Shown here: positions 20,144-30,654 of the stretch, piece after piece
Position numbering within the stretch: position 1 is the stretch's first letter
How the letters are laid out: every line of letters begins with the position of its first letter
Assembly (NCBI GenBank): GCA_041649155.1
Contig: JBAZNP010000001.1
Location: 430,564 to 494,563, forward strand
Origin: Patescibacteria group bacterium
GTDB lineage: Bacteria > Patescibacteriota > UBA1384 > XYA2-FULL-43-10 > 1-14-0-10-43-13
Direction of reading: 5' to 3'
DNA: 64,000 bases
Translations under genes and position numbers: made by a program
The notes under the pieces: model-generated
Seen by the model: the letters and a program-made list of their open reading frames with translations, nothing else
The model's database searches: none
Told to the model about the DNA's origin: nothing

Positions 20144-21324
20144 GAACTATTGATATATTAAGAATATCGTGGAAGAATTTGTCCTCAAATATGATGAGGA
20201 CAATGCTTACGGTTTTGGGTATTTCTGTTGGTATCGCCACTATTGTTTTTCTGATTTCACTTGGCTTCGGATTGCAGGAACTTTCTGTAAAGAAAATTAG
20301 TTCAATATCTTCTTTGACTGCTTTGGACGTAACTCCAGCTCAGGGCTCAGTCGTTCTTAATGATGCCTCTCTAAAGGATTTTGAAAAGATACCAAATGTC
20401 GAAAAGGTCAGTCCTCTTTATTCCTTTGCTGGTCAGGCTGCTATCCAATCAAAGCAGGCCGATATTGTCGCTTATGGAGTAAACGCTGATTATTTTAGTC
20501 TGCAAGGATTAAAGACGAAAACTGGTGGAATTTTTAATGACTCCGACACTCCAATTGTAGTTTCTACGGCTTTGGCTAAAGCACTTGATGTTGGTGAAGA
20601 TGCCTTAATGTCCAAGGATTTGGACATTAAGGGCTATTTTCCAACAGAAAATTCAAGCGAAGTAACAAGTAAAGAATCGAAATATCAAGTGGTGGGGATT
20701 ATTGACGACGGTTCCAGCTCATTCGTTTATTTACCATTAAAAACAATTAAAAATCTATTAAACAATGATAGTGTTTATAATTCAGCCAAAGTAAAAGCTA
20801 ATTCAACTGATAATCTACCTGGTGTAAGAACGGTTATTGAGTCAAAGGGTTATAAGGCAGTTTCCATTGCTGATACAATCGGTCAAATCTATCAATTTTT
20901 TAAGATCATTCAGATTGTACTGGCATCTTTCGGCGCGATTGCTCTGATTGTTGCCTCAATTGGAATGTTTAACACTATGACCATTGCTCTTCTCGAGCGA
21001 ACCCGTGATATTGGGATTATGAAGGCACTGGGAGTGCAAAACGGTTCTGTGCGCAAAATGTTTTTGGCTGAATCTTTTCTTATAAGTTTCATCGGCGGAA
21101 TTGTAGGAATTCTGATGGGTCTTTTTACTGCGAAACTGGTTAATTTTATTATAAATGTTTTAGCTAAGAGTGTCGGCGGGGAACCGGAAAAACTATTTTC
21201 CACGCCAATTCTTGCTGTTTTGATAATTATTGGATTTTCAATTCTGGTTGGTGTTACGACTGGTTTTTATCCATCAAAACGTGCGGGAAAGCTTAATCCG
21301 CTGGATGCTTTGAGATACGAATAG
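20140..21324 (+). CDS. FtsX/MacB-like ABC permease
   Basis: ERTRDIGIMKALG, LNPLDALRYE. Confidence 0.92.
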   Translation: MRTIDILRISWKNLSSNMMRTMLTVLGISVGIATIVFLISLGFGLQELSVKKISSISSLTALDVTPAQGSVVLNDASLKDFEKIPNVEKVSPLYSFAGQAAIQSKQADIVAYGVNADYFSLQGLKTKTGGIFNDSDTPIVVSTALAKALDVGEDALMSKDLDIKGYFPTENSSEVTSKESKYQVVGIIDDGSSSFVYLPLKTIKNLLNNDSVYNSAKVKANSTDNLPGVRTVIESKGYKAVSIADTIGQIYQFFKIIQIVLASFGAIALIVASIGMFNTMTIALLERTRDIGIMKALGVQNGSVRKMFLAESFLISFIGGIVGILMGLFTAKLVNFIINVLAKSVGGEPEKLFSTPILAVLIIIGFSILVGVTTGFYPSKRAGKLNPLDALRYE

Positions 21325-21329
21325 GCGCA

Positions 21330-21447
21330 AGTTGTCAGTTAATCAGTTAATCAGTTAATCAGTTAATCAGTTAATCAGTTAATCAGTTAATCAGTAATAA
21401 CTATTAGAGGTTACTAGCGACAACTTACAACTTATTTACTTACAACT
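21330..21447. repeat. Inverted-arm element with perfect (AGTTAATC)7 expansion
   Basis: Seven exact octamers at 21337-21392; core shared with 2151-2237. Confidence 0.9.
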
Positions 21448-21464
21448 TATAATAGGGAGGGATC

Positions 21465-22085
21465 ATGAAATTAAATTTTAAAAAGCAACATTTTGGCGTA
21501 GTGACTGTTGTGTTTTTAGTTTTAATCATCGTTGCTTTGATTGTGGCTTTTCCGAAAACCAGAAATGGGATAAAGGATGTCATGAATATAAAAAGTTCTG
21601 ATGAGCTAATTTCAGAGGCAGCTGAAGCGCAAAAAACAGGAGATAAGGCAAAAGCAATAACTTTGTACGAAGATGCTTTGGAAAAAGACGGATCGAATGC
21701 TAAGGTCAGGAACGATTTGTCAATTTTGTATTATGAAAATAAAAACTATGACAAGTCTGTTGAATCTTGGAAAAAAGCTGCTGAGTCTAATCCCAATGAC
21801 AGAATTGCCTTAAACTTTTTGGCCAATTCTTACAGGGAGATAGGTAATAATGAAGAGGCAATTAAATATTACAAGCTAGCGATTGAAGCGGGGAACACTG
21901 ACAGTGCGGGCAACCTGGTGACAATCTACAATCTTGAAGGCAAATATGATGAGTCTATTGCCCTTCTTAACTCATTAATTGAAAAATATCCGGACGATAT
22001 AATTTTAAAGCGACTTTTAGCTTCCACCTACAGCAAAAAAGGTGATACTGTAAAGGCAGATGAAATATTAGCAGCAATTAGATAA
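21465..22085 (+). CDS. Membrane-anchored TPR protein
   Basis: N-terminal TM helix followed by TPR-like repeats. Confidence 0.85.
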   Translation: MKLNFKKQHFGVVTVVFLVLIIVALIVAFPKTRNGIKDVMNIKSSDELISEAAEAQKTGDKAKAITLYEDALEKDGSNAKVRNDLSILYYENKNYDKSVESWKKAAESNPNDRIALNFLANSYREIGNNEEAIKYYKLAIEAGNTDSAGNLVTIYNLEGKYDESIALLNSLIEKYPDDIILKRLLASTYSKKGDTVKADEILAAIR

Positions 22086-22381
22086 GTAAGTTATCTCAGC
22101 CAGACCTGCCTGCCGGTAGGCAGGGGCTGATCCGCCTTTGGCGGAAGTTCTCAGTTAATCAGTTACTGAAAAATGATAGTGAGAGAGTAGTCCACAGTTT
22201 GGACTGCTCTTTTTGATGTGTTTTTAAGATATAATAAAACTAAGCGCAGGAATGGGCAGTTTTTGAAGTAAAATGAGCAGTTGCCACCGCCTCTGGCGGG
22301 GTCCGCAAAAAGCGGGATAAGTAAATCAGTAATAGCTATTGGAAGTGACTACTTTCTACTGACAATTTAAGAGCGAGGGGC

Positions 22382-25300
22382 ATGGAGGAATTAGATAAAA
22401 AACAGTTAGACGAGATTGCGCAACAAAAAGAATACCTCATTAGGCGTGAGGAGCTTTTGGATTTGAAAATTAATGCCATTCAGAAGTCAACAAAAACTAA
22501 CATCAAAAGACTTCAACCTCTTCATGAAAAACTAAGAGCCAAGTGGAGATGGTATTATAAGTGGCATCTTTCTCCTTGGTCAAATATTCTCCATTATTTT
22601 GTTCTAATTACCGTTCTTACTGGTTTCAGTTTCTCTGCATTTACCCAAATGGGATCATTCTTTTCTATCCAAAGGGCTAGAGCTGCTGCTTTTACTTCTG
22701 TGGCCGATGGGGCTTGGAGTGATCAGTGTACATGGATTGTCACATGTGATAGCGGAACTCCCGGAGCTAGTGATTCTGTCACAATTAATCATGCCGTCAC
22801 GGTTTCTGCTGATGTTTCTGTCGGAGGAATCACAGTTAGCGATACAAAAACTTTAAGCATAAACACAGGAATAACCATTACCGCTTCTGGCGCAGTCGAT
22901 CTGGGAATCTCCGGGACAGTATCTGGAGCTGGTACTCTAACTCTCCCTGACGGAGCAGGAGCACTGCTTGATCTTGATGGTACGCTAAGCAGTAAGGTTC
23001 GCTTTGACACCGTCACAGCTGACGTCGCCATTCCGGCTAGAACTTACGGTGGAGTTGTTGAAGTATATAACAATACAGCTACGAATTATAATGCTACTCT
23101 TGGAACTACAAGTGGACAAACAATCACTTTCAGTAACAACTTTAATCCTATTACTGATTCAACTGGCCAAATTTTACTTAAAGCTGATACCTATAATCCA
23201 AGTATTAATGTTGTCGGTAGCTACACTACCACCAAGAATAGTACAGGCGTGATCACTACAAATATGGGCTCAGGCACATGGACCGTTTCCGGCAGCTGGA
23301 ACACCTGTCAGGGCAATGCAGGAATCGTGAACAAAGGCACCTCTACTTTGATTCTAAATGGCAGCAATCAGAGCATATCTGTTGCCAACGGTAGCAGTGT
23401 TTTTTATAATTTAACTATTAGCGGCACTATTAACCCGAAAAATGATTACAGTGGTACGCCCTATGTAGCTCATCAATTTACTGTTACAAGTGGTGCTGTT
23501 TTAACATTGGGCTCTAGCGCTGGAACGCTTGTTGAAAATGGAGGTACTGTCTCGTTAGGGGATTTTTCAACAATTACCGGTACAGGGATACTAATTTTAC
23601 AAGGTAGCTCCGGTTCTTCTCTGGGAACAAATGGAACGATTAGCTCAACCGTAAAATTTGACAGTAATGGTATAGATGGAGGTGTTGCTGCCCGAGACTA
23701 CTATGGGCCAGTCATTTTGAGTGATTGTGCTTATTCTAATAGAACTTTAACCTTGGGTACTGCCATTAGCCAAACGATTAACTTCCACTCTGACGTGACA
23801 ATTAAAACCTGGTGTGGAGGTACTGCTACGCTTGCCGTTACTGCTGCTACGTACAACCCGAACATTAATATTTTAGGCAATTTGACAGTTTCTCAATTGG
23901 CTGGCACAACAATTACGACTAATATGGGTTCTTCCACTTGGACAGTTTATGGCAATGTCGATCTAACTGGTTCTACAATTACTCCCGGCACTTCCATTAT
24001 GAATATGGCTAAGATGTCAGGTATCCAAACATTAAATACTGGTAACACTTCACTTGGTAGTGTTGTTCATATAGGTAGCGGCACGCTTCAAGCAGTTACT
24101 AATAATGCCGGCATGGCAAACTTTACTGCTCCTGTTACTTATTCAAAAATCAAAACTATTATCATAGATCACACTAAAGTTGGCGAAGCCCTAACTGATT
24201 TCCCGATGCTCTATTCAGTTACTGATGTCAACTTGAAAACTGTTGTTAACGGCGGAAGCGTTACTAATGCCAATGGTTATGATATTATTTTTACCGATTC
24301 AAATGGTGCCAAGCTCGATCATGAATTGGAAAAATATGATGCCACGACCGGAGAGCTGACTGCATGGATTAAAATTCCTTCATTATCAAATACAGTTGAT
24401 ACAACTCTGAATCTTCTTTACGGTAACTCCACTATTTCAACTTCTCAAGAAAATAAAACTGGCGTTTGGAGCAATGGATATGCAGCGGTTTGGCATATGA
24501 ATGAGGGCTCGGGAAATATTAATGATTCCACTGCTGGAGTAAATTATGGCACCACTACAAATGTCACTTATGGTGCAAGCGGAAAGATTGGATCTGCAAC
24601 AAGCTACAATCGTACAGGCAGAATAAATATTACTACAAGCCCGGTGATCGCAGGAACGTTTACGTACGAAGGATGGACCAAACCTACCAATCCTGAAAAT
24701 GATACTTTAGTTTTTGTTGGATCGAGATCTCCTGAAACGCATGGCTTTAACTTGAAGTATAATTGGGCAAAAATTCAAGGAGATTTAGGTAACGGTACGA
24801 GCTGGATAAGTGGTTTTGGCCAAACAACCGGGTTTTCTCCAGTGAGTGGTACTTGGTATCATGTCGTACTCGTTGTCACGCCTACAACTTGGCAATATTA
24901 TGTAGATGGTGTGCCCAAAGGAAACGGGAGTCTTTCGGGGTCGTCCATTCCAATATTTTCAGATTCTCAACATCTAATAGCTATAGGAGCAGGAGGACAA
25001 GAAGGAGGCGATCCGTTTGTTGGATCAATAGATGATTCAAGGATATCGCCAGTTGCTCGTTCTGCCGGGTGGATTTCTACTGAATATGCCAACCAAAATA
25101 TCCCTTCAGCCTTTTATTCTACAGGCGCAGAAGCAGCTACGACACCGACCATCGATGCTAATGGCTTGTCTTTCAATGTTGGTGGAAATTTTGTTGGTAA
25201 TTCTCAGCAAACTTTTTCTTCAACTGGCACTTTGGCTATGATCTCAACTACTACTGGTCATACTATTGCAGCAAATGGTATGACGATTCCAAATATTTCA

Positions 25301-28300
25301 TTTTCTGGCACAAATGGGAGATGGTCCTTTTCTGATAATACAACTATTTTAGGGAGTCTTACTATAAATTCAGGTGCTATTTTGGACGGTGGTACAAGAA
25401 CTATAACTGTTGGGGATAATACAGGAACTGATGACTGGATCAACAATGGTACATTTAATTACGATACTTCAACTGTTAACTTAATCGGAACAGGAAATAT
25501 CAGCAGAACTGCTTTTAAAGATCATGCCTTTTTTAATTTAACCGCGGCAGCAGCCGGAAAAACTACTACAGCAAGTTTGTATTCTACCATATCAGTATAT
25601 GGTACTTGTACCTTTGGCTCAGGCACGTTCAATGCTCCTACCTCAACTGACAAACTACTTGCTTTTTCGTCTGGCGGAACACCGTTTGTTACAGCTGGCG
25701 CAACATTAACAGGCAAGATTGGGTATGGATCAAGCAATACAACCAATATCGCAGCTACAACGTATGATATATTGTTAATCCAAGCAAGTAACGGCGCAAT
25801 TAATACTGCAGCTGGAAACATAACAGCTAACTCCATTATCTTGAGGCATGGAACAGGAGTGAGCGGTTCTTTTGATACCAACGGTCACGATCTAACCGTG
25901 ACTGGTGATCTAGACATCGGACAAGATAGTTATAACAGAAAAAATACTTTCAAACCCAGCGCAGGAGGCAATATAAATGTGGGGGGGAATGTTAATATTA
26001 ATTTAGATACAGCGACAGGTAATAATGCTATTGATTTATCTTCTTTTACCGGCACTTTTAACGTGGCCGGTAATTTCACCAATAACGACACTTTCACGGC
26101 TGGCAATTCTACCGTCAATTTCACTGGTGTCAACCAAACAATCACAGGCTCAACCACGTTCTACAATTTCAGCAAAACAGATACGACGAATGATTCCACT
26201 GACAAAACATTAACCTTTGCAACTGGTTCAACTACAACAATAAGTAACAACCTAACTCTAACCGGATTAGACGATAATGACAGAGTAAATCTGGTTTCTT
26301 CTTCGCCTGGTACGACATATAATTTAGCAGGTCTTTCTGGCGCGAAGACGATTTCCTGGGTTGATGTTAAAGATTCAATCGCTTCCGCTGAAATAGTTGC
26401 TTCAGAAAGTAAAGACTCTGGCAATAATACCAATTGGAATTTGGTAAAAACATTAACTTTTTCCGTCACACCATTAACTGGAACTGTAAATTCTCCGCTA
26501 GCTGCCGCTATCACTGCCAAAGATGGGACAGGGGCCGCAACTAACGCAATTGGAGATGGAATTATTTTATCTGCTGACTCTGGGACTATTACACCTAGCA
26601 CTGTTACTCAGGCCAACATGACGGGTGGTTCATGGACTAGTAATATCGCTCTCGATGCAGTAGGCGATAGAACAGTCACTGCCACTTTAACAGGATTAAC
26701 TCCTCTAACTGATACAATCATCATTTCACCCGATGTGCTCGATCACTTCGTTATTTCCGGTGTTCCCGCATCAGTTACAGTACAGTCTTCCTTTACTAAT
26801 CCAATTATAGTTACCGCTTACGATGCTTGGGGTAATATCAAGATAGATTATGTTGGCCAAATTTACTTCACCTCTACTGATGGGGCAGCCACACTTCCAT
26901 ATACATCGGGGAGCAAATACATTTTTACCGGTCTTGATGCCGGTTATCATTCTTTTCCTGGTTCCGGTTTCAAATTAAACTCTACCGGTACCTATACAAT
27001 ATCAGTTACTGATTCTGTTGCTGCTATTACTGAAGAATCGAGCAGTATCACATCCAATCCTGCTGCTTTGGGTTCATTTATAATCTCCGGTTATCCTGTT
27101 TCAACTGTTGCTGGTGATGCTTTTGCCACTCCAGCTAACGATATCACGGTCACAGCCAAAGACATTTATGGAAATGTTAAAACCGATTATACTGGAGATC
27201 TCTGGTTTACAACCACCGATGCTTCAGGTTCGGTAGTTTTACCTTACACTTCCGGCAGTCACTATACTTTTGTCGGAGGCGATAGTGGCGTTCGTATGTT
27301 TGCCGGTTCCGGTTTCACATTAATAACTGCTAACGGCACCAAAACAATCTCTGCAACAAATGGATCGGTTGCTGTCACTTCCAGCCCAATTACTATTAAT
27401 CCAGCTACACTTCACCATTTTACACTTGGAGATTATCCTCAGGCTTCGGCTAATCAATTCGCGACAGCCGGATATGACTGGTCAACCACCGGCACGGGTG
27501 GCGGGTCAAATGCTCCATATGATATAGTCGTGACTGCTTATGACAACTTTGGGAATGTTAAACAGGATTTTGCCGGTACGGTCTGGTTTACCATTGAGAA
27601 TGGCATTACTTCTGCTTTTCCATATGATTCTGCTGAAAATTCATATACCTTTAGCACAAATGGCGGAAGTGTAAGAACGACTAAGGCAGATAGTTCTGAT
27701 AATGGCAGACATATTTTTGACGCCAATACGTTCACAATTTCCACAGCAGATCCGTCAGCTGATTTTACAGTCAATACTTCTGGGATATCTTCAACTTTCC
27801 AGATTAAAATTAAGCCTGCTTCTATTGCTTCAGTTACTGTTACACTCAATCCTACTTTTTCAAACAAACTCGTCGACACACAATTAACTGAAAATGTTAT
27901 TATTACGGCTTACGACTCTGCAGGCAATGTTAAAACGGATTATGAAGGTGATATTTATTTCACCTCATCTGATACATCTGCTGCTTTGCCTTATACAGAA
28001 CAAAACAAATGCACCTTTTCTCTTCTCGATGGTGGCACAAAAACATTTACTTCAGCCAATACCCCAACCAACTATTTTAATTTTCACACAGGTGGTAATC
28101 ATACCTTAAGCGTAGTAGCGGAGGCTGATGTTGATACGATTGTTGGGAATTCCTCAACTTTTACAATCTCTGCTCATACTTCGACCAGTGTTCAGGCTAC
28201 TGCTGGCCATACTCAAGCCATTTTGGACTGGCTCAATCCGACTGATCCGGCTGTTTCTAATATGAATATCTATCAATCTGATACAGAAGGAGTATTGGGA

Positions 28301-30619
28301 TCGAAAATTGCCTCTCCTTCTGTTAATGCCGGAACATATTCTCAATACATTGTGACTGGTTTAAATAACGGTCAGACCTACTACTTTACACTTAAAGCTG
28401 TTGTTAAGACTCCCCAGCAGATAGAGGTGGAGTCGATCGCTTCAGATCAGGTCTCGGCTATGCCGGCCGACATTGCGGCCAGAAATATTTCCGCTATTCA
28501 ATTAGCTGATGACAGAGTTAAAGTGGATTATGATTTGAGATACGACTCAACAGTCTCTATTCAATACTACAATCCGGATACCTCGACATGGGCCAGCGCT
28601 TCAACCGGAGCTCAGACGGGGGATGTGGGGGCGGGTCAAACTGGCACAGAAGGATTAACTAGTCATACAGCTTACTGGACAGCTAAAACTGACTTTAATA
28701 CTAAGTATTATTCCTCTTCTCAGGGTTTTAAGATTAGAGTAAAGGTAGTCGTCCCAAGTCAGGGTGATTCTCAAGCAACTTCACCAAGTCCGTCTTTTCA
28801 ACTTGATACAAAAGATCCGTTCAGCACTTCTTTAACTGTTGATGCATCGGGTGATTCTACGGCTAATTTAACAATTGCAGCTTCTGAAAATGGTTCCAAT
28901 ACAATTACGATGATGATTGCCAATGAGCCTACATTTGCAGGCAAAACATATCAAGCTTATGCGACTTCGATTACAAACTGGAACCTGGAAGACAAGAGCG
29001 TTGTTTATATTAGGTTTAAAGATCCGTATTCAAATACTACAACTATCCATACTGATTTAGTGCCGGTAGTAGATAATTTTATGATAAAAGATAATTCTGA
29101 TTTACGAACTCCTGCATACCAGTTGGTGGTGAGCTGGGCGGATAGCACGATAGATAATTTTGATCGTTATATTATTGAAAGGCAGGTCGATAATGGAGCA
29201 TTTAGCGAGCTAGTACGAACAAACCAGCCGGCCCATCTTGATATTAAGCTTTCAAAAGAGAACTTATATGGTTATAGAGTGAAGGTTCTTGATCAAAATG
29301 GTAATATTTCCCGTCCGACTGCAGTGTTGTCATCAAAGCCGGGTCTTGCTCCTGATGTAACCGGAACTCCAAGCGTCGAGGTCTTTGGATATAAGCAGGA
29401 TGTGGGTGTTAGGGTGACAGTGAAGTGGAATACTGATCAACTTTCGGATTCATTTGTGGCTTTCTCTACTGAAACTCTTGATGCGGGTCAAAATACACTG
29501 ACAACTTCAGGTCAAAATGCCAATATCATCGGTCAGCTTGATCGTTCAAGTACTCATGAAGTAACAATCACTAATCTTTTGCCTGGCAAAAAATATTCAA
29601 TGAAGGCTCTCTCTCAGAATGATCAGAAAATTACTGGTTATTCGAACATATTCGAGGTAAATACTCCGGAGTATTTACCTTTGCAGATCAAGAGTCTCGA
29701 GTTTACAGACATTCGTCCTGATTCTGTCTGGATTAACTGGCAAACTAACAAAGTTTCAACTACGGAACTCTTCTATGGTTTGGGCAGTAGTTTCGATAAG
29801 GTTCTGAATGATGATACCTTGAATACTGATCATAAGTTTAAAGTTGAGAATTTAACTCCTGGACAGGATTACAAGCTTAAAGTAGTTGCGGCAGATGAAG
29901 ATGGTAACGTTGTTAATTCCGATGAGTATGAATTGACTCCGCCAGCAGAACCTATTGTTTCGGGGGTTTCGGTGTCGGATATACTTAATAATCAGGCTAC
30001 GGTTAAATGGACAACCAATGTTAATACGGATTCAAATGTCGAATATGGATTAGATACTAGTTATGGCGCTCAGTCCGGCAAGTCTGACATGACAACTCAG
30101 CATTCAGTTACATTATTGGGTCTTGAAGGAAAAACTACTTATCATATTAAGGTAAAATCTAAAGATGTTTATGGTAAAGAAGCGGTTGCAGGAGACATGG
30201 CCTTCACTACAACAGCAGACAACGATCCTCCTAAATTAGTGGAAGTTCAATCCCAGCTCTCTCAGGTTGATTCTCCTCAGGGACCAAAATACCAGACAGT
30301 AATATCCTGGAAGACTGACGAAGGTTCAACCAGTCAGGTTGAATTTGGCGATAACGCTGCCGGTAAATATTCCAAATCTACGGCGGAAGATCCTTCTCTT
30401 AACATGACTCACGTCGTTATTCTTTCTGATTTGAAGCCAAATTCAGCTTATTCATACAGAGTCGTTTCTAAAGACAAATCAGGCAATGAGGCTAGATCAC
30501 AGAATTATACAATCATCACGCCTCCTCAGGAAAAATCACTGGTTCAGGTTGTTATAAGTAGTCTTTCAGAAACTTTCTCATGGGTTGGAAAATTAAGAAG
30601 CAAGTGGTTTGGAAATTAG
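22382..30619 (+). CDS. Giant surface protein (2745 aa): beta-rich repeats, DUF2341/LamG-like module, Ig-like and FN3 domains
   Basis: N-terminal charged region then TM; T/S/G/N-rich repeats; KLDHELEKYD..TAWIKIP, WYHVVLV, GSIDDSRIS; repeated VTAYDxxGNVKxDY; FN3 W.T..H.V.L.L.P..Y. Confidence 0.85.
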   Translation: MEELDKKQLDEIAQQKEYLIRREELLDLKINAIQKSTKTNIKRLQPLHEKLRAKWRWYYKWHLSPWSNILHYFVLITVLTGFSFSAFTQMGSFFSIQRARAAAFTSVADGAWSDQCTWIVTCDSGTPGASDSVTINHAVTVSADVSVGGITVSDTKTLSINTGITITASGAVDLGISGTVSGAGTLTLPDGAGALLDLDGTLSSKVRFDTVTADVAIPARTYGGVVEVYNNTATNYNATLGTTSGQTITFSNNFNPITDSTGQILLKADTYNPSINVVGSYTTTKNSTGVITTNMGSGTWTVSGSWNTCQGNAGIVNKGTSTLILNGSNQSISVANGSSVFYNLTISGTINPKNDYSGTPYVAHQFTVTSGAVLTLGSSAGTLVENGGTVSLGDFSTITGTGILILQGSSGSSLGTNGTISSTVKFDSNGIDGGVAARDYYGPVILSDCAYSNRTLTLGTAISQTINFHSDVTIKTWCGGTATLAVTAATYNPNINILGNLTVSQLAGTTITTNMGSSTWTVYGNVDLTGSTITPGTSIMNMAKMSGIQTLNTGNTSLGSVVHIGSGTLQAVTNNAGMANFTAPVTYSKIKTIIIDHTKVGEALTDFPMLYSVTDVNLKTVVNGGSVTNANGYDIIFTDSNGAKLDHELEKYDATTGELTAWIKIPSLSNTVDTTLNLLYGNSTISTSQENKTGVWSNGYAAVWHMNEGSGNINDSTAGVNYGTTTNVTYGASGKIGSATSYNRTGRINITTSPVIAGTFTYEGWTKPTNPENDTLVFVGSRSPETHGFNLKYNWAKIQGDLGNGTSWISGFGQTTGFSPVSGTWYHVVLVVTPTTWQYYVDGVPKGNGSLSGSSIPIFSDSQHLIAIGAGGQEGGDPFVGSIDDSRISPVARSAGWISTEYANQNIPSAFYSTGAEAATTPTIDANGLSFNVGGNFVGNSQQTFSSTGTLAMISTTTGHTIAANGMTIPNISFSGTNGRWSFSDNTTILGSLTINSGAILDGGTRTITVGDNTGTDDWINNGTFNYDTSTVNLIGTGNISRTAFKDHAFFNLTAAAAGKTTTASLYSTISVYGTCTFGSGTFNAPTSTDKLLAFSSGGTPFVTAGATLTGKIGYGSSNTTNIAATTYDILLIQASNGAINTAAGNITANSIILRHGTGVSGSFDTNGHDLTVTGDLDIGQDSYNRKNTFKPSAGGNINVGGNVNINLDTATGNNAIDLSSFTGTFNVAGNFTNNDTFTAGNSTVNFTGVNQTITGSTTFYNFSKTDTTNDSTDKTLTFATGSTTTISNNLTLTGLDDNDRVNLVSSSPGTTYNLAGLSGAKTISWVDVKDSIASAEIVASESKDSGNNTNWNLVKTLTFSVTPLTGTVNSPLAAAITAKDGTGAATNAIGDGIILSADSGTITPSTVTQANMTGGSWTSNIALDAVGDRTVTATLTGLTPLTDTIIISPDVLDHFVISGVPASVTVQSSFTNPIIVTAYDAWGNIKIDYVGQIYFTSTDGAATLPYTSGSKYIFTGLDAGYHSFPGSGFKLNSTGTYTISVTDSVAAITEESSSITSNPAALGSFIISGYPVSTVAGDAFATPANDITVTAKDIYGNVKTDYTGDLWFTTTDASGSVVLPYTSGSHYTFVGGDSGVRMFAGSGFTLITANGTKTISATNGSVAVTSSPITINPATLHHFTLGDYPQASANQFATAGYDWSTTGTGGGSNAPYDIVVTAYDNFGNVKQDFAGTVWFTIENGITSAFPYDSAENSYTFSTNGGSVRTTKADSSDNGRHIFDANTFTISTADPSADFTVNTSGISSTFQIKIKPASIASVTVTLNPTFSNKLVDTQLTENVIITAYDSAGNVKTDYEGDIYFTSSDTSAALPYTEQNKCTFSLLDGGTKTFTSANTPTNYFNFHTGGNHTLSVVAEADVDTIVGNSSTFTISAHTSTSVQATAGHTQAILDWLNPTDPAVSNMNIYQSDTEGVLGSKIASPSVNAGTYSQYIVTGLNNGQTYYFTLKAVVKTPQQIEVESIASDQVSAMPADIAARNISAIQLADDRVKVDYDLRYDSTVSIQYYNPDTSTWASASTGAQTGDVGAGQTGTEGLTSHTAYWTAKTDFNTKYYSSSQGFKIRVKVVVPSQGDSQATSPSPSFQLDTKDPFSTSLTVDASGDSTANLTIAASENGSNTITMMIANEPTFAGKTYQAYATSITNWNLEDKSVVYIRFKDPYSNTTTIHTDLVPVVDNFMIKDNSDLRTPAYQLVVSWADSTIDNFDRYIIERQVDNGAFSELVRTNQPAHLDIKLSKENLYGYRVKVLDQNGNISRPTAVLSSKPGLAPDVTGTPSVEVFGYKQDVGVRVTVKWNTDQLSDSFVAFSTETLDAGQNTLTTSGQNANIIGQLDRSSTHEVTITNLLPGKKYSMKALSQNDQKITGYSNIFEVNTPEYLPLQIKSLEFTDIRPDSVWINWQTNKVSTTELFYGLGSSFDKVLNDDTLNTDHKFKVENLTPGQDYKLKVVAADEDGNVVNSDEYELTPPAEPIVSGVSVSDILNNQATVKWTTNVNTDSNVEYGLDTSYGAQSGKSDMTTQHSVTLLGLEGKTTYHIKVKSKDVYGKEAVAGDMAFTTTADNDPPKLVEVQSQLSQVDSPQGPKYQTVISWKTDEGSTSQVEFGDNAAGKYSKSTAEDPSLNMTHVVILSDLKPNSAYSYRVVSKDKSGNEARSQNYTIITPPQEKSLVQVVISSLSETFSWVGKLRSKWFGN

Positions 30620-30654
30620 GGTTAGTATTAAGTATTTAGTATCAAGGAAAAACC

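Noticed and set aside
21337-21392. Possible CRISPR array from regular repeats here and at 52503
   Set aside because: Head-to-tail 8-mers without spacers; no cas genes in the window.
22789-28345. Antisense and alternate-frame ORFs within the giant gene and the atp genes
   Set aside because: Expected shadows of long biased coding sequence; no independent signals.
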